Shown: positions 46,484-54,888 of the stretch, one piece after another
Layout of the letters: the number at the start of each line of letters is the position of its first letter
Numbering within the stretch: the stretch's first letter is position 1
Origin: an uncultured Gammaproteobacteria bacterium
GTDB lineage: Bacteria; Patescibacteriota; Microgenomatia; Levybacterales; UBA12049
Direction: 5' to 3'
Length of the DNA: 64,000 nt
Assembly (NCBI GenBank): GCA_964521295.1
Contig: CAZFRF010000001.1
Span: forward strand, 463,865-527,864
Notes under the pieces: model-generated
What the model was told of the DNA's origin: nothing
Database searches by the model: none
The model's input: only the letters and a program-made list of their open reading frames with translations
Position numbers and translations under genes: made by a program

Positions 46484-47710
46484 TTAAAACCCGTTAATTT
46501 TATATACCACGTATACGCTATTCGTTGAATATTTATCGGTAAAAGGAATCTTATGCCCACTTGCTGTAAACGGATCATTCATCAAATAATTTCCGTTATT
46601 ATAATCTGTGAGCACAACAAAATGAGTGTCTCCATTTGCATACTTTATTCCCACAACAACTGGTCGACCACTCTGCAATTCACCATCTGCTGCCGAAATA
46701 TAAGTGCCGATTTGCGACCTAGTTGTAGTTATCCCATCTGCTCTAATTGTAAAATTTAAATATGCTGGATAATATGATGCAAAATTCCATGAATCCGAGT
46801 TAATACTTTGTGGAGTAACACCTCTATGCCCATAATGGGTATATACCATTGCCATAGATGTTACCAAGCATCCATCAGATGCCAAAGAGTACTGAGTTCC
46901 ATTCAAAGCGCTCCCACCCCATTGCGAATCTCTTTGATTATAATAACAACCCCAATCATCACAAGTGGTTTGTCCAGATAAAAGCGTTGCTCCACCTTGA
47001 CTCTGAGCAAACCCTGAGAAACCAGCAAGCTGCGCTTTTGCTTGAGCAAGTAAGCTTTGATAATTTGCCTCACTACCCTTTGTTTGAGTAAGTAAATCTT
47101 GTTTTGCCTGTTTCTCAATATCTAACTGATCTGTGTATGCAACTAATTGAGTTTTTAATCCCTCAACTTGTTTTTTCTTGTCTTGATAAATATTTTTTTG
47201 ATTTGAATAATCTACTTTTGCTTGCTGCGTCTCGTAAACTAACTGCTTATCATGTGCTTGAGCTCTTTTTAAATAATTTAGTCTTGATAAAAAATTAGAA
47301 GCATTAGTAGATGTAAGCAAAACATGAAGCGGTTGAATAGTACCTACCTCATAAGTTGCGACTATTCTATTTAAAAGAACCTGTATTGAATCATTTAAAG
47401 TCACCTGTAGTTTGTCTATTTTCTTTGATGCAGTATCTATATCTAAGGTTAAATCTGAAATCTGCTGCTCAACGGACTGAATTTGATATTCAGTTAATTT
47501 TATTTGATTATCCATCACGCTGATTTGAGATGATAAGGTTCTTTCTTGACCTTGCAAATCATTTATTTTATTTTGCAAATCATTTATTTTATTTTGCAAA
47601 TCAGTAACCTGCTGCGAGTTATTAGTAGACTGACCCCAGACAACGGAGCTAGATATTAATAAACAAACTAAAAGAAAAAATATAATTTGAGCTCTTCTCA
47701 ACAATTTCAT
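46484..47710 (-). CDS. Secreted coiled-coil protein with C-terminal C39-like/CHAP-like cysteine peptidase domain (PcsB/EnvC-like architecture)
   Basis: Signal peptide from ATG at 47710. Heptad-rich coiled coil with NKINDLQ repeats. C-terminal NQRDSQWGG...DGCLVTSMAMVYTHYGH and GDTHFVVLTDYNNGNYLMNDP match the C39_2/papain-like Cys/His motifs. Lies directly downstream of ftsEX. Confidence 0.6.
   Translation of the reverse strand: MKLLRRAQIIFFLLVCLLISSSVVWGQSTNNSQQVTDLQNKINDLQNKINDLQGQERTLSSQISVMDNQIKLTEYQIQSVEQQISDLTLDIDTASKKIDKLQVTLNDSIQVLLNRIVATYEVGTIQPLHVLLTSTNASNFLSRLNYLKRAQAHDKQLVYETQQAKVDYSNQKNIYQDKKKQVEGLKTQLVAYTDQLDIEKQAKQDLLTQTKGSEANYQSLLAQAKAQLAGFSGFAQSQGGATLLSGQTTCDDWGCYYNQRDSQWGGSALNGTQYSLASDGCLVTSMAMVYTHYGHRGVTPQSINSDSWNFASYYPAYLNFTIRADGITTTRSQIGTYISAADGELQSGRPVVVGIKYANGDTHFVVLTDYNNGNYLMNDPFTASGHKIPFTDKYSTNSVYVVYKINGF
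47552..47603. repeat. 21-nt tandem repeat, about 2.5 copies (TTGCAAATCATTTATTTTATT)
   Basis: Seen directly in the sequence. Encodes the NKINDLQ repeats of the coiled-coil protein. Confidence 0.85.
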
Positions 47711-47720
47711 ATGGCATATT

Positions 47721-48587
47721 TTATTTAAGATATCTAAGTACTGCAAGAAAACTTGAAAATATTCCCAAAATAATTGCAATTAAAACTTCTATTCCTAAAA
47801 GCGCCAATAAATCAATATATGAAACTGGCAATACAGGAATCCCTTTTAGAAAGGACTCCAAAAATGGCGTTGCATAGATAAGCACTCCAGCTGCAGTCAT
47901 CCAGCCAACAAGCGCACCAAATACACCATAAAATATTCCCTCAAGAACAAATGGCCATCTAATATACCATCTACCTGCTCCAATAAGACGCATTATTTCA
48001 ATATCTTCTTTTTTGTGAGAAATCTTTATTCCAATTATGGTAACCATAATAAAAACAGACACAGCTGAAAGTAAAATTACTAAAGCAATGCCTATTTTTC
48101 TAATAGCATTTGTCCAAGAAGTTAATGCTGAAACTACATCTTTTTGATAAATAACTTGAGAAACAATGCTGGATTTTTCCAAATCTTTTGATATTTCCTC
48201 TAGCTGACTTAGGTCAATTGCTGAAATTTCAAACGAAGAAGGCAAAACATCCGCTGTTACCAAGTCTAAAAGTAACGGATCATTTTTATTTTGCTCTTTA
48301 TAAATTTTCAAAGCATCTTCTTTACTAACGTATTTAATCGAGGCAACCTTACCTGAACGAGATAGATTATTCTCTAATTCATTTATCTGCTCTTGAGAAG
48401 CTTCATTCTTAAAGAAAGCTGTTACCTGAGGCTTAGATTCAAAGAAAGTAACTATCTTAGAAGAACCTACTAGCATAAATGCAAAAAAGGAAATTACCAA
48501 AAAGGTTAATGACATAATAAGAATCGCAGCTAACGCCTGATAAGGCGATCTTCTAATATTTTTCCATGCGGTTTTTGCAAATTTCAT
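47721..48587 (-). CDS. ftsX: Cell-division permease FtsX
   Basis: N-terminal TM, extracellular loop domain, 3 C-terminal TM. 4-nt overlap with ftsE. Confidence 0.8.
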   Translation of the reverse strand: MKFAKTAWKNIRRSPYQALAAILIMSLTFLVISFFAFMLVGSSKIVTFFESKPQVTAFFKNEASQEQINELENNLSRSGKVASIKYVSKEDALKIYKEQNKNDPLLLDLVTADVLPSSFEISAIDLSQLEEISKDLEKSSIVSQVIYQKDVVSALTSWTNAIRKIGIALVILLSAVSVFIMVTIIGIKISHKKEDIEIMRLIGAGRWYIRWPFVLEGIFYGVFGALVGWMTAAGVLIYATPFLESFLKGIPVLPVSYIDLLALLGIEVLIAIILGIFSSFLAVLRYLK

Positions 48588-49363
48588 TTATCTTTCTCCT
48601 CTTCAGCTTTTTCTTCCTTTTCTATTTTTTCTGATTTAATTATCTCCTCTTCAGCTTTTTCATCTTCATTCTTCTCTTCCTTATGATGAGAGCCAGTATG
48701 CTTCTTTTCGTCTTTAATTATTTTACCTTTTTCTAACTGAACAACTCTTTTATGTAGGGTTTTAATAATATCTGCGTTATGTGTAGCCATAATAATTGTC
48801 GTACCCTTACTATTTATGTCTGATAAAATTTTTACAATTTCCCATGAAGTTGCAGTGTCTAAATTTCCGGTGGGCTCATCTGCTAAAAGAATTTCAGGAG
48901 ATAAGATTAACGCCCTAGCAATCGCCGCTCTTTGCAATTCTCCTCCGGATAATTGAATTGGAAACTTATCTTTGTGCTCAATAAGACCAACTTGCCTTAA
49001 TACATCTTCAACTTTTATCTTTGAATCATTGGATTTACCACCTGAAATCTCAAGTGGTAGTATTACATTTTCAAAAATCGTTCTATCGGGAAGAAGTTTA
49101 AGGTCTTGAAAAATAACACCAATCATTTTACGTAAATTAGATAATTTACCACCATTTACCTTAGCTAGATCTATATTTTGCACTGACACGCTTCCTGAAG
49201 TGGGCAAAGTATCACGAATAATGAGTCTTAATAAAGTAGTTTTACCTGATCCAGTGGTTCCAACCAAAAAAACAAATTCTCCCTTTTCAACTTCAAGAGT
49301 AACTTCTGATAAACCAAAAACACCTGTTCCAAATTTTTTCGATACCTTATCTAATTTGATCAT
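48584..49363 (-). CDS. ftsE: Cell-division ATPase FtsE with Lys/Glu-rich C-terminal extension
   Basis: Walker A GTTGSGKTT, signature LSGGELQRAAIARAL, Walker B LLADEPT. About 40-aa KE-rich tail. Confidence 0.85.
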   Translation of the reverse strand: MIKLDKVSKKFGTGVFGLSEVTLEVEKGEFVFLVGTTGSGKTTLLRLIIRDTLPTSGSVSVQNIDLAKVNGGKLSNLRKMIGVIFQDLKLLPDRTIFENVILPLEISGGKSNDSKIKVEDVLRQVGLIEHKDKFPIQLSGGELQRAAIARALILSPEILLADEPTGNLDTATSWEIVKILSDINSKGTTIIMATHNADIIKTLHKRVVQLEKGKIIKDEKKHTGSHHKEEKNEDEKAEEEIIKSEKIEKEEKAEEEKDK

Positions 49364-49831
49364 TTACAAAACTTGCAGCCTGCCAACATCCATTAACCAA
49401 CCAGCATGTTGAGCATCATGTGTCTGACCCCAAACCTTCACTTTTCTACCAATATATTGAGAAAAATCAATATTAGACGATGTTATGTAAACATTTTGAC
49501 TATCTCCACCTGGTCTTTCCAAGTGATGAGTACCTTCTCCCTCAATTCCACCCTCTTTTAGAACTCCCTCGGTAATATTGTTATATGTTTTCGTATCATC
49601 AGAACCAACAATCGTACCCTTTTGCGCTCCCGATGTAATTGACCCAGTAATACTAGAAATACCTCCTGAACCCCTAGAGCTTCCCGAAAGCACATATCCA
49701 GTACCAATACCGAATACTACAACTACAATTAAAACCGCAATAATTTTAGGAGTATACAAACTTTTCATATTATTTTTTTCAAAATTTTTAACTAATGGCT
49801 GAGCATTATCCACTGTGGATTCTTTTTCCAT
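49364..49831 (-). CDS. Membrane-anchored hypothetical protein
   Basis: N-terminal TM, Gly/Ser-rich stalk, small C-terminal domain. Confidence 0.4.
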   Translation of the reverse strand: MEKESTVDNAQPLVKNFEKNNMKSLYTPKIIAVLIVVVVFGIGTGYVLSGSSRGSGGISSITGSITSGAQKGTIVGSDDTKTYNNITEGVLKEGGIEGEGTHHLERPGGDSQNVYITSSNIDFSQYIGRKVKVWGQTHDAQHAGWLMDVGRLQVL

Positions 49832-49886
49832 TGAAACAATTCACCTCCTCATCTAGTAAACCATATTTTTGAGTTTTTATCAACCT

Positions 49887-50891
49887 TCATAAGCTTCGGA
49901 TCTCAGCTTCCAAAAAACCATCCAAATCGCCATCCAATACGCCTTCTGCATCTGAAGTTTCAAAATTAGTACGTAAATCTTTAACCATCTTATATGGATG
50001 TAATACGTAGGACCTAATTTGATTTCCCCATCCTGGAGTCTTGTAGCCACCCTTTAAAGAAGCTTCCTGTTTTTTTCTTTCTTCTTCTTTTTGTAACCAT
50101 AATTTAGCCTTAAGCATCTTTAAGGCATACTCTCTATTTTTACCCTGATACCTCTCTCCCTGTGCTGTAACTATTATTCCACTTGGTATATGTTTTAACC
50201 TTACAGCAGTAGAAACCTTATTTACATTCTGACCTCCATGACCACCACTTCTAAAAAAATCCCACTCTAATTCTTCATCCTTAATATCAATAGCAGCATC
50301 CTCCTCGATATCTGGCAAGACCTCAACTAAAGCAAACGATGTTTGACGTAAATTATCTGCATTAAACGGAGATTGCCTAACTAATCGATGAGTTCCAGCT
50401 TCATGTTTTAAAAAACCATAAGCAAATTCTGCTGGAATTTCCAGAGTTACACTTTTCAAACCTGCCTCTTCGCCAGGATTTTCCTCAACTATGGAAAATG
50501 TCCAACCTTTTTTTTCACATAATCTAGAATACATCCTCAAAAGCATTCCTGCCCAATCCATCGCCTCAACTCCACCCTGACCTGAATGAATAGACAAAAT
50601 TGCACCTGCTTTATCATATTCGCCTGAAAAAAAGAGATAATTTTCTAAATTACCTACAAGTTCTGCTAATTCTTTTGATTCTCCTTGTTTTATAAGTTCT
50701 GCTAATAATTCAAAATCAGCAATCTCTTTTTGTAAGTTCGCAAGCTCTTTCATCTTTTCTGAAGCTTTTTGATTATCATGCCAAAAAGTTGGCTGCATTG
50801 ACTCTGCTTCAATTTCGCTTTGCTGATGTCTTTTAGCCTCAACGTCAATTTTTTCTAAAATTTTGTTTGCTCGATCAATTAAATTTTCCAT
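49887..50891 (-). CDS. prfB: Peptide chain release factor 2
   Basis: SPF tripeptide (RQSPFN) and GGQ (GGHGGQNVNK). The single ORF is intact, so no programmed +1 frameshift is evident. Confidence 0.8.
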   Translation of the reverse strand: MENLIDRANKILEKIDVEAKRHQQSEIEAESMQPTFWHDNQKASEKMKELANLQKEIADFELLAELIKQGESKELAELVGNLENYLFFSGEYDKAGAILSIHSGQGGVEAMDWAGMLLRMYSRLCEKKGWTFSIVEENPGEEAGLKSVTLEIPAEFAYGFLKHEAGTHRLVRQSPFNADNLRQTSFALVEVLPDIEEDAAIDIKDEELEWDFFRSGGHGGQNVNKVSTAVRLKHIPSGIIVTAQGERYQGKNREYALKMLKAKLWLQKEEERKKQEASLKGGYKTPGWGNQIRSYVLHPYKMVKDLRTNFETSDAEGVLDGDLDGFLEAEIRSL

Positions 50892-50894
50892 ATC

Positions 50895-52157
50895 CTAGAG
50901 AACATATGATAGCAGAAGAAATATTCCGCACAAGCCCATAATTAAAGTTATTCCCCAACCAAGCACATTTGAAAACCTACTATTCACCCTCTCTCCCATT
51001 ATTTGTTTATTATTTGAAATTCGCATAATCAAAATAAGCAAAATTGGCGCACATAGCCCGTTTAAGACTGCTGACCAATACAACATTTCGAAGGGTTTAA
51101 TGGGCAAAAAACCAACCATTAATCCAAAAATAGTAGCTAACGCGATTACTAAATAAAATGCTTTTGCTTGTGAAAACCTTTTTCCCAATCCTTCTTTCCA
51201 ACCAAATGCTTCAGAGATTGCATAAGACGCACTTCCAGCTAAAATTGGAATTGCCAAAAGACCAGTCCCAATAATACCAGCCGCAAAAAGTAAAAATGCA
51301 AAATCACCTGCCAGAGGCCTCAGAGCCGCAGCAGCTTGATCAGCAGTAGTAATATTCTTAATCCCATGAGCATTTAAAGTTGAAGCAGTAGTAATAATAA
51401 TAGCTAACATAACTAAATTTGAAAAAAACATACCAATTACTGTGTCTAATCTAAGTTTTTTTATATCCCCTTTATTAATATGAGGTTTACCCCTTCCCAT
51501 ACTAGCGATTTTATGATTTTGAATTTCTTCTTCCACCTCTTCATCCGCTTGCCAGAAAAAAAGATAGGGAGAAATTGTCGTTCCCAATATCGCAACAATA
51601 TTTAGAACATATTCTTTTGAAAAAGAAAAGTTAGGAATAATAATAGATTTTATAATCTTAAACCAATCTTGTTTAACTATAAAAACAGTAATGATGTAGG
51701 AAAAAAGGGAGAAAGTTAAATACTTTAATATTTTTGCATAAGTTGGATACGGCACAAATATTTCCAACAAAAGAGTGGTAGCGGTAATTATTATAATCCA
51801 AAAAATAAACGGCAGATCAACTAATAATTTTGCGCTTGCGGCCATTGCCCCCAAATCAGCTCCGATATTAATAGTATTTGCAAAAAACAAAATAAAAACA
51901 GCAAGATATAAAATCCATTTAGAATAATGAGCCTTAATAACTCTAGCCAAACCCATTCCTGTAACCAAACCGATTCTTCCACAAATTTCTTGAACTACGC
52001 TCATAAATGGAAATGAAAAAAGGGCTGTCCAGGCTTGAGAGTAACCAAATAAAGAACCCGTTTGAGAATAAGTAGCAATCCCTGATGGATCATCATCAGC
52101 TGCTCCAGTTATAAATCCGGGGCCAAGTAATTTCAAGAATTTCTTAAACTTTTGCAT
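50895..52157 (-). CDS. mntH: NRAMP-family divalent metal transporter
   Basis: GPGFITGAADDDPSGIATYSQTGSLFGY N-terminal signature. About 11 TM. Confidence 0.8.
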   Translation of the reverse strand: MQKFKKFLKLLGPGFITGAADDDPSGIATYSQTGSLFGYSQAWTALFSFPFMSVVQEICGRIGLVTGMGLARVIKAHYSKWILYLAVFILFFANTINIGADLGAMAASAKLLVDLPFIFWIIIITATTLLLEIFVPYPTYAKILKYLTFSLFSYIITVFIVKQDWFKIIKSIIIPNFSFSKEYVLNIVAILGTTISPYLFFWQADEEVEEEIQNHKIASMGRGKPHINKGDIKKLRLDTVIGMFFSNLVMLAIIITTASTLNAHGIKNITTADQAAAALRPLAGDFAFLLFAAGIIGTGLLAIPILAGSASYAISEAFGWKEGLGKRFSQAKAFYLVIALATIFGLMVGFLPIKPFEMLYWSAVLNGLCAPILLILIMRISNNKQIMGERVNSRFSNVLGWGITLIMGLCGIFLLLSYVL

Positions 52158-52534
52158 TAAAGTTTATTGCAAATATTATCGCAAACATTTTTAATTTCAT
52201 TTTTAGGCAAATCTTGCAAAGATTTTAAATCATTTAATATTTTTTGCACTTGAGGAGATGAAGAAGCTACCTCTGCAACATCTAAATTGTTTGCCTCAGT
52301 TTTTAGATTATCGATTGCTTGCTTAACATTATTTGAAATATCTTGAGTTGAAATTCCCTTTACTTGCGGAAGATCTATTTTCGTTTTGGGAGCTGGAGCA
52401 TGCGACTCGCCCAATATTCTAGATTTAAGATTTATTGAAACAATAAATAGCAAAACTAAACCGATGGTAAATAATAAAATTTTTTTCTTATCCCAATCTA
52501 TCTCTGGTTTTTTTTCTTTTTTGTTTTGCGGCAT
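52157..52534 (-). CDS. Membrane-anchored hypothetical protein
   Basis: N-terminal TM, soluble C-terminal domain. Confidence 0.4.
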   Translation of the reverse strand: MPQNKKEKKPEIDWDKKKILLFTIGLVLLFIVSINLKSRILGESHAPAPKTKIDLPQVKGISTQDISNNVKQAIDNLKTEANNLDVAEVASSSPQVQKILNDLKSLQDLPKNEIKNVCDNICNKL

Positions 52535-52593
52535 ACAGCAATTGTACCAAGTTAGCTTACATTTGCAAATTAAACAAATGCTATAATCAACTT

Positions 52594-53367
52594 GTGGACA
52601 TTCTGCAAGTTATTATTCTCTCTATTGTTGAGGGCATCTCTGAGTTTCTACCTATTTCATCAACTGGACATTTGATCATTGCATCTGAAATATTAAAAAT
52701 TTCCCAATCTAATTTTGTAAAAGATTTTGAAATATTTATTCAATTGGGAGCAATACTTGCTGTGGTCGTTCTATATTTTAAATCTTTTATACAAAGTAAG
52801 ATAATTTGGCAAAAAGTATTAGCTGCGTTTTTACCTACGGCCATCATAGGATTTATTTTATTTAAATTTATTAAAAACTACTTATTAGGCAATTTATATA
52901 TCACTCTAATATCTCTTTTTATCGGTGGAATATTATTAATTATTTTAGAACTAATCCACAAAGAAAAAGATCATCACACTGCTAAAATTGAGGAAATAAG
53001 TTTTAAAAACGCTTTTATTATTGGCTTAGCACAGGCTCTTGCAGTAATACCGGGAGTATCAAGATCTGCAGCAACGATAATTGCTGCTTTATTTTTAGGA
53101 ACTAAAAGAAAAGCCGCTGCTGAATTTTCGTTTTTACTTGCGGTACCAACAATGCTTGCAGCAACAACACTTGACTTAGCAAAAGCAAATTTTAGTTATT
53201 CAAGTTCTGAGTGGACAGGTCTTATCACTGGATTTTTAGGATCTTTTATAACCGCTCTTATTATCATTAAACTGTTTCTAAGATATATTCAAAAACATTC
53301 ATTTATCTCATTTGGTATTTATAGAATAATAACTGCAATTATTTTTTGGCTTCTTTTAATTAAATAA
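52594..53367 (+). CDS. uppP: Undecaprenyl-diphosphatase UppP (BacA)
   Basis: IVEGISEFLPISSTGHLII signature. GTG start. TGcTATAAT lies immediately upstream (52579-52587). Confidence 0.9.
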   Translation: MDILQVIILSIVEGISEFLPISSTGHLIIASEILKISQSNFVKDFEIFIQLGAILAVVVLYFKSFIQSKIIWQKVLAAFLPTAIIGFILFKFIKNYLLGNLYITLISLFIGGILLIILELIHKEKDHHTAKIEEISFKNAFIIGLAQALAVIPGVSRSAATIIAALFLGTKRKAAAEFSFLLAVPTMLAATTLDLAKANFSYSSSEWTGLITGFLGSFITALIIIKLFLRYIQKHSFISFGIYRIITAIIFWLLLIK

Positions 53368-53670
53368 ATGACTACATTTGAGAAAATATATTCATTTATT
53401 GTAAAAATACCCCTGGGAAAAATTTCTACATATCAACAAATCGCCAGACTATCCCAAACAGATCCAAGAATAGTCGGGTTTGCATTGCATGCCAATAAAA
53501 ACCCAGAACAAATCCCTTGTCATAGAGTTGTAAATTCTAAGGGCAAATTATCTAAAGGGTATGCTTTTGGCGGAATGAATAAGCAAAAAGAAATACTGGA
53601 AAAAGAAGGAATTAAATTCACAAGTGACACGATTGATTTAAAAGAGTTTGAATATAACTTTAGCTCTTAA
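53368..53670 (+). CDS. Methylated-DNA--protein-cysteine methyltransferase, C-terminal DNA-binding/active-site domain only
   Basis: PCHRVV active-site motif and HTH (ISTYQQIARL). 100 aa. Confidence 0.7.
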   Translation: MTTFEKIYSFIVKIPLGKISTYQQIARLSQTDPRIVGFALHANKNPEQIPCHRVVNSKGKLSKGYAFGGMNKQKEILEKEGIKFTSDTIDLKEFEYNFSS

Positions 53671-53986
53671 CTTCTTTAATATCATTTAACAATTCCGCAA
53701 TAGCTTTACTTGCAGTTTTTTTAACCAAATTCTCAACATCTTTAATTTTTGAATTCAAATGTTGCCAAGTTTGATCATGATTATCTACAGCTACATTTTT
53801 AAGAAATGTTTTTTTATCTTCTTCCGGTAAATTATCTAAGACACTTGAAACAATTGTACTATGAATATTTGCTTCAGCCAAAGAAAGAAGATGAACTCTT
53901 TCTTTACTATCAACACTTAACTCTGCAATTTCTAATGTTAAATTTGAGGTTTCAATTATATGTGAATAAAAATGCTTATGTTTCAT
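53660..53986 (-). CDS. Hypothetical protein
   Basis: 108 aa, helical, no motifs. Confidence 0.35.
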   Translation of the reverse strand: MKHKHFYSHIIETSNLTLEIAELSVDSKERVHLLSLAEANIHSTIVSSVLDNLPEEDKKTFLKNVAVDNHDQTWQHLNSKIKDVENLVKKTASKAIAELLNDIKEVKS

Positions 53987-53993
53987 ATTTTAA

Positions 53994-54866
53994 TTATAAA
54001 TTAATTGGTCCTAAAGGCACTTCGTTATTAGGATCATCGATAAAATAATACAACACTGGTCCTTTCTGAGCGCCATCCACTCTTTCTAAATAGCGCATTA
54101 CCTCTGGCGATCCACCCAATTGCTTCTTAGTCCATCTCGCTGGACCCGCATCTGCAATATCAGCAACAATTGCTTTTCCATTTTGGGGATTAACAACTAA
54201 CATTTTACGATATTTAAAAAACTCAACATATTCCTTTACATGTTCTGAAAATCCAGGCGCCAAAAAAGTTTGAACTGCAATGTAATACTTTTCTCTTTCA
54301 ATATCCTCCTTTGTCATTGACTCCTTTGAATCTGCAAAATATCTCCAGGCGCCAAGACCAGGAGCCATACCATAATCCCAATAATTATTTGCATCTTCTG
54401 TAGTCTCAAAATGACTAAACATAGTATCTCCAGGATATCTTGCTAAATGTTGCTCTTGACCTATATATCCATATGATGTATTTAATCTTATTCCCGATAA
54501 TTCAGGCGCCACTTTTATGTTAAAATTTCTAGATAATATCTCGCTTACTTTTTGCTCCTCATCACCAGTTAAAGCCCTAACTTCATTTGGTAAAATGTTT
54601 TTGAGGTCATAAACCAGAAATACCTTCTTATCAATATTTTGTTCAGTTGCAGAATCAGATGCATAAAAACTTGTTTTTATCTGAGGAACAATCGGAGAAG
54701 ATAATAGAAATAAACCGGCAACTGAACCTATAGCTAACTGCTGAGAATTTGTTGTTAACCAATCGAAAACATTTCCATGTTTTCTAAAAATATCTTTTTG
54801 TACATCTCTATGCTTAGCTGTCCATTTATCTACTAAATGTTTATATTGATTACTGCTGGCAGGCAT
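53994..54866 (-). CDS. Membrane-anchored protein with possible RlpA-like double-psi beta-barrel segment
   Basis: N-terminal TM. LVVNPQNGKAIVADIADAGP resembles the RlpA/DPBB motif V.N..NGksvvvrinDRGP. Confidence 0.35.
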   Translation of the reverse strand: MPASSNQYKHLVDKWTAKHRDVQKDIFRKHGNVFDWLTTNSQQLAIGSVAGLFLLSSPIVPQIKTSFYASDSATEQNIDKKVFLVYDLKNILPNEVRALTGDEEQKVSEILSRNFNIKVAPELSGIRLNTSYGYIGQEQHLARYPGDTMFSHFETTEDANNYWDYGMAPGLGAWRYFADSKESMTKEDIEREKYYIAVQTFLAPGFSEHVKEYVEFFKYRKMLVVNPQNGKAIVADIADAGPARWTKKQLGGSPEVMRYLERVDGAQKGPVLYYFIDDPNNEVPLGPINL

Positions 54867-54888
54867 ACATTAATAATAGCAAATATAA

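Noticed and set aside
46553-47298. Four small ORFs (46553-46759+, 46858-47091+, 46903-47118-, 47104-47298+)
   Set aside because: All lie inside or antisense to the PcsB-like gene. The low-complexity repeat region generates spurious frames.
49200-49802. ORFs 49200-49412(+) and 49578-49802(+)
   Set aside because: Antisense to ftsE and to the downstream membrane-anchored gene.
49887-50891. Possible programmed +1 frameshift in prfB
   Set aside because: The ORF is continuous through the region homologous to the E. coli CUU-UGA-C site, and there is no upstream fragment. The gene appears frameshift-free.
52386-54048. ORFs 52386-52586(+) and 53806-54048(+)
   Set aside because: Antisense to neighbouring minus-strand genes. 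No start context.
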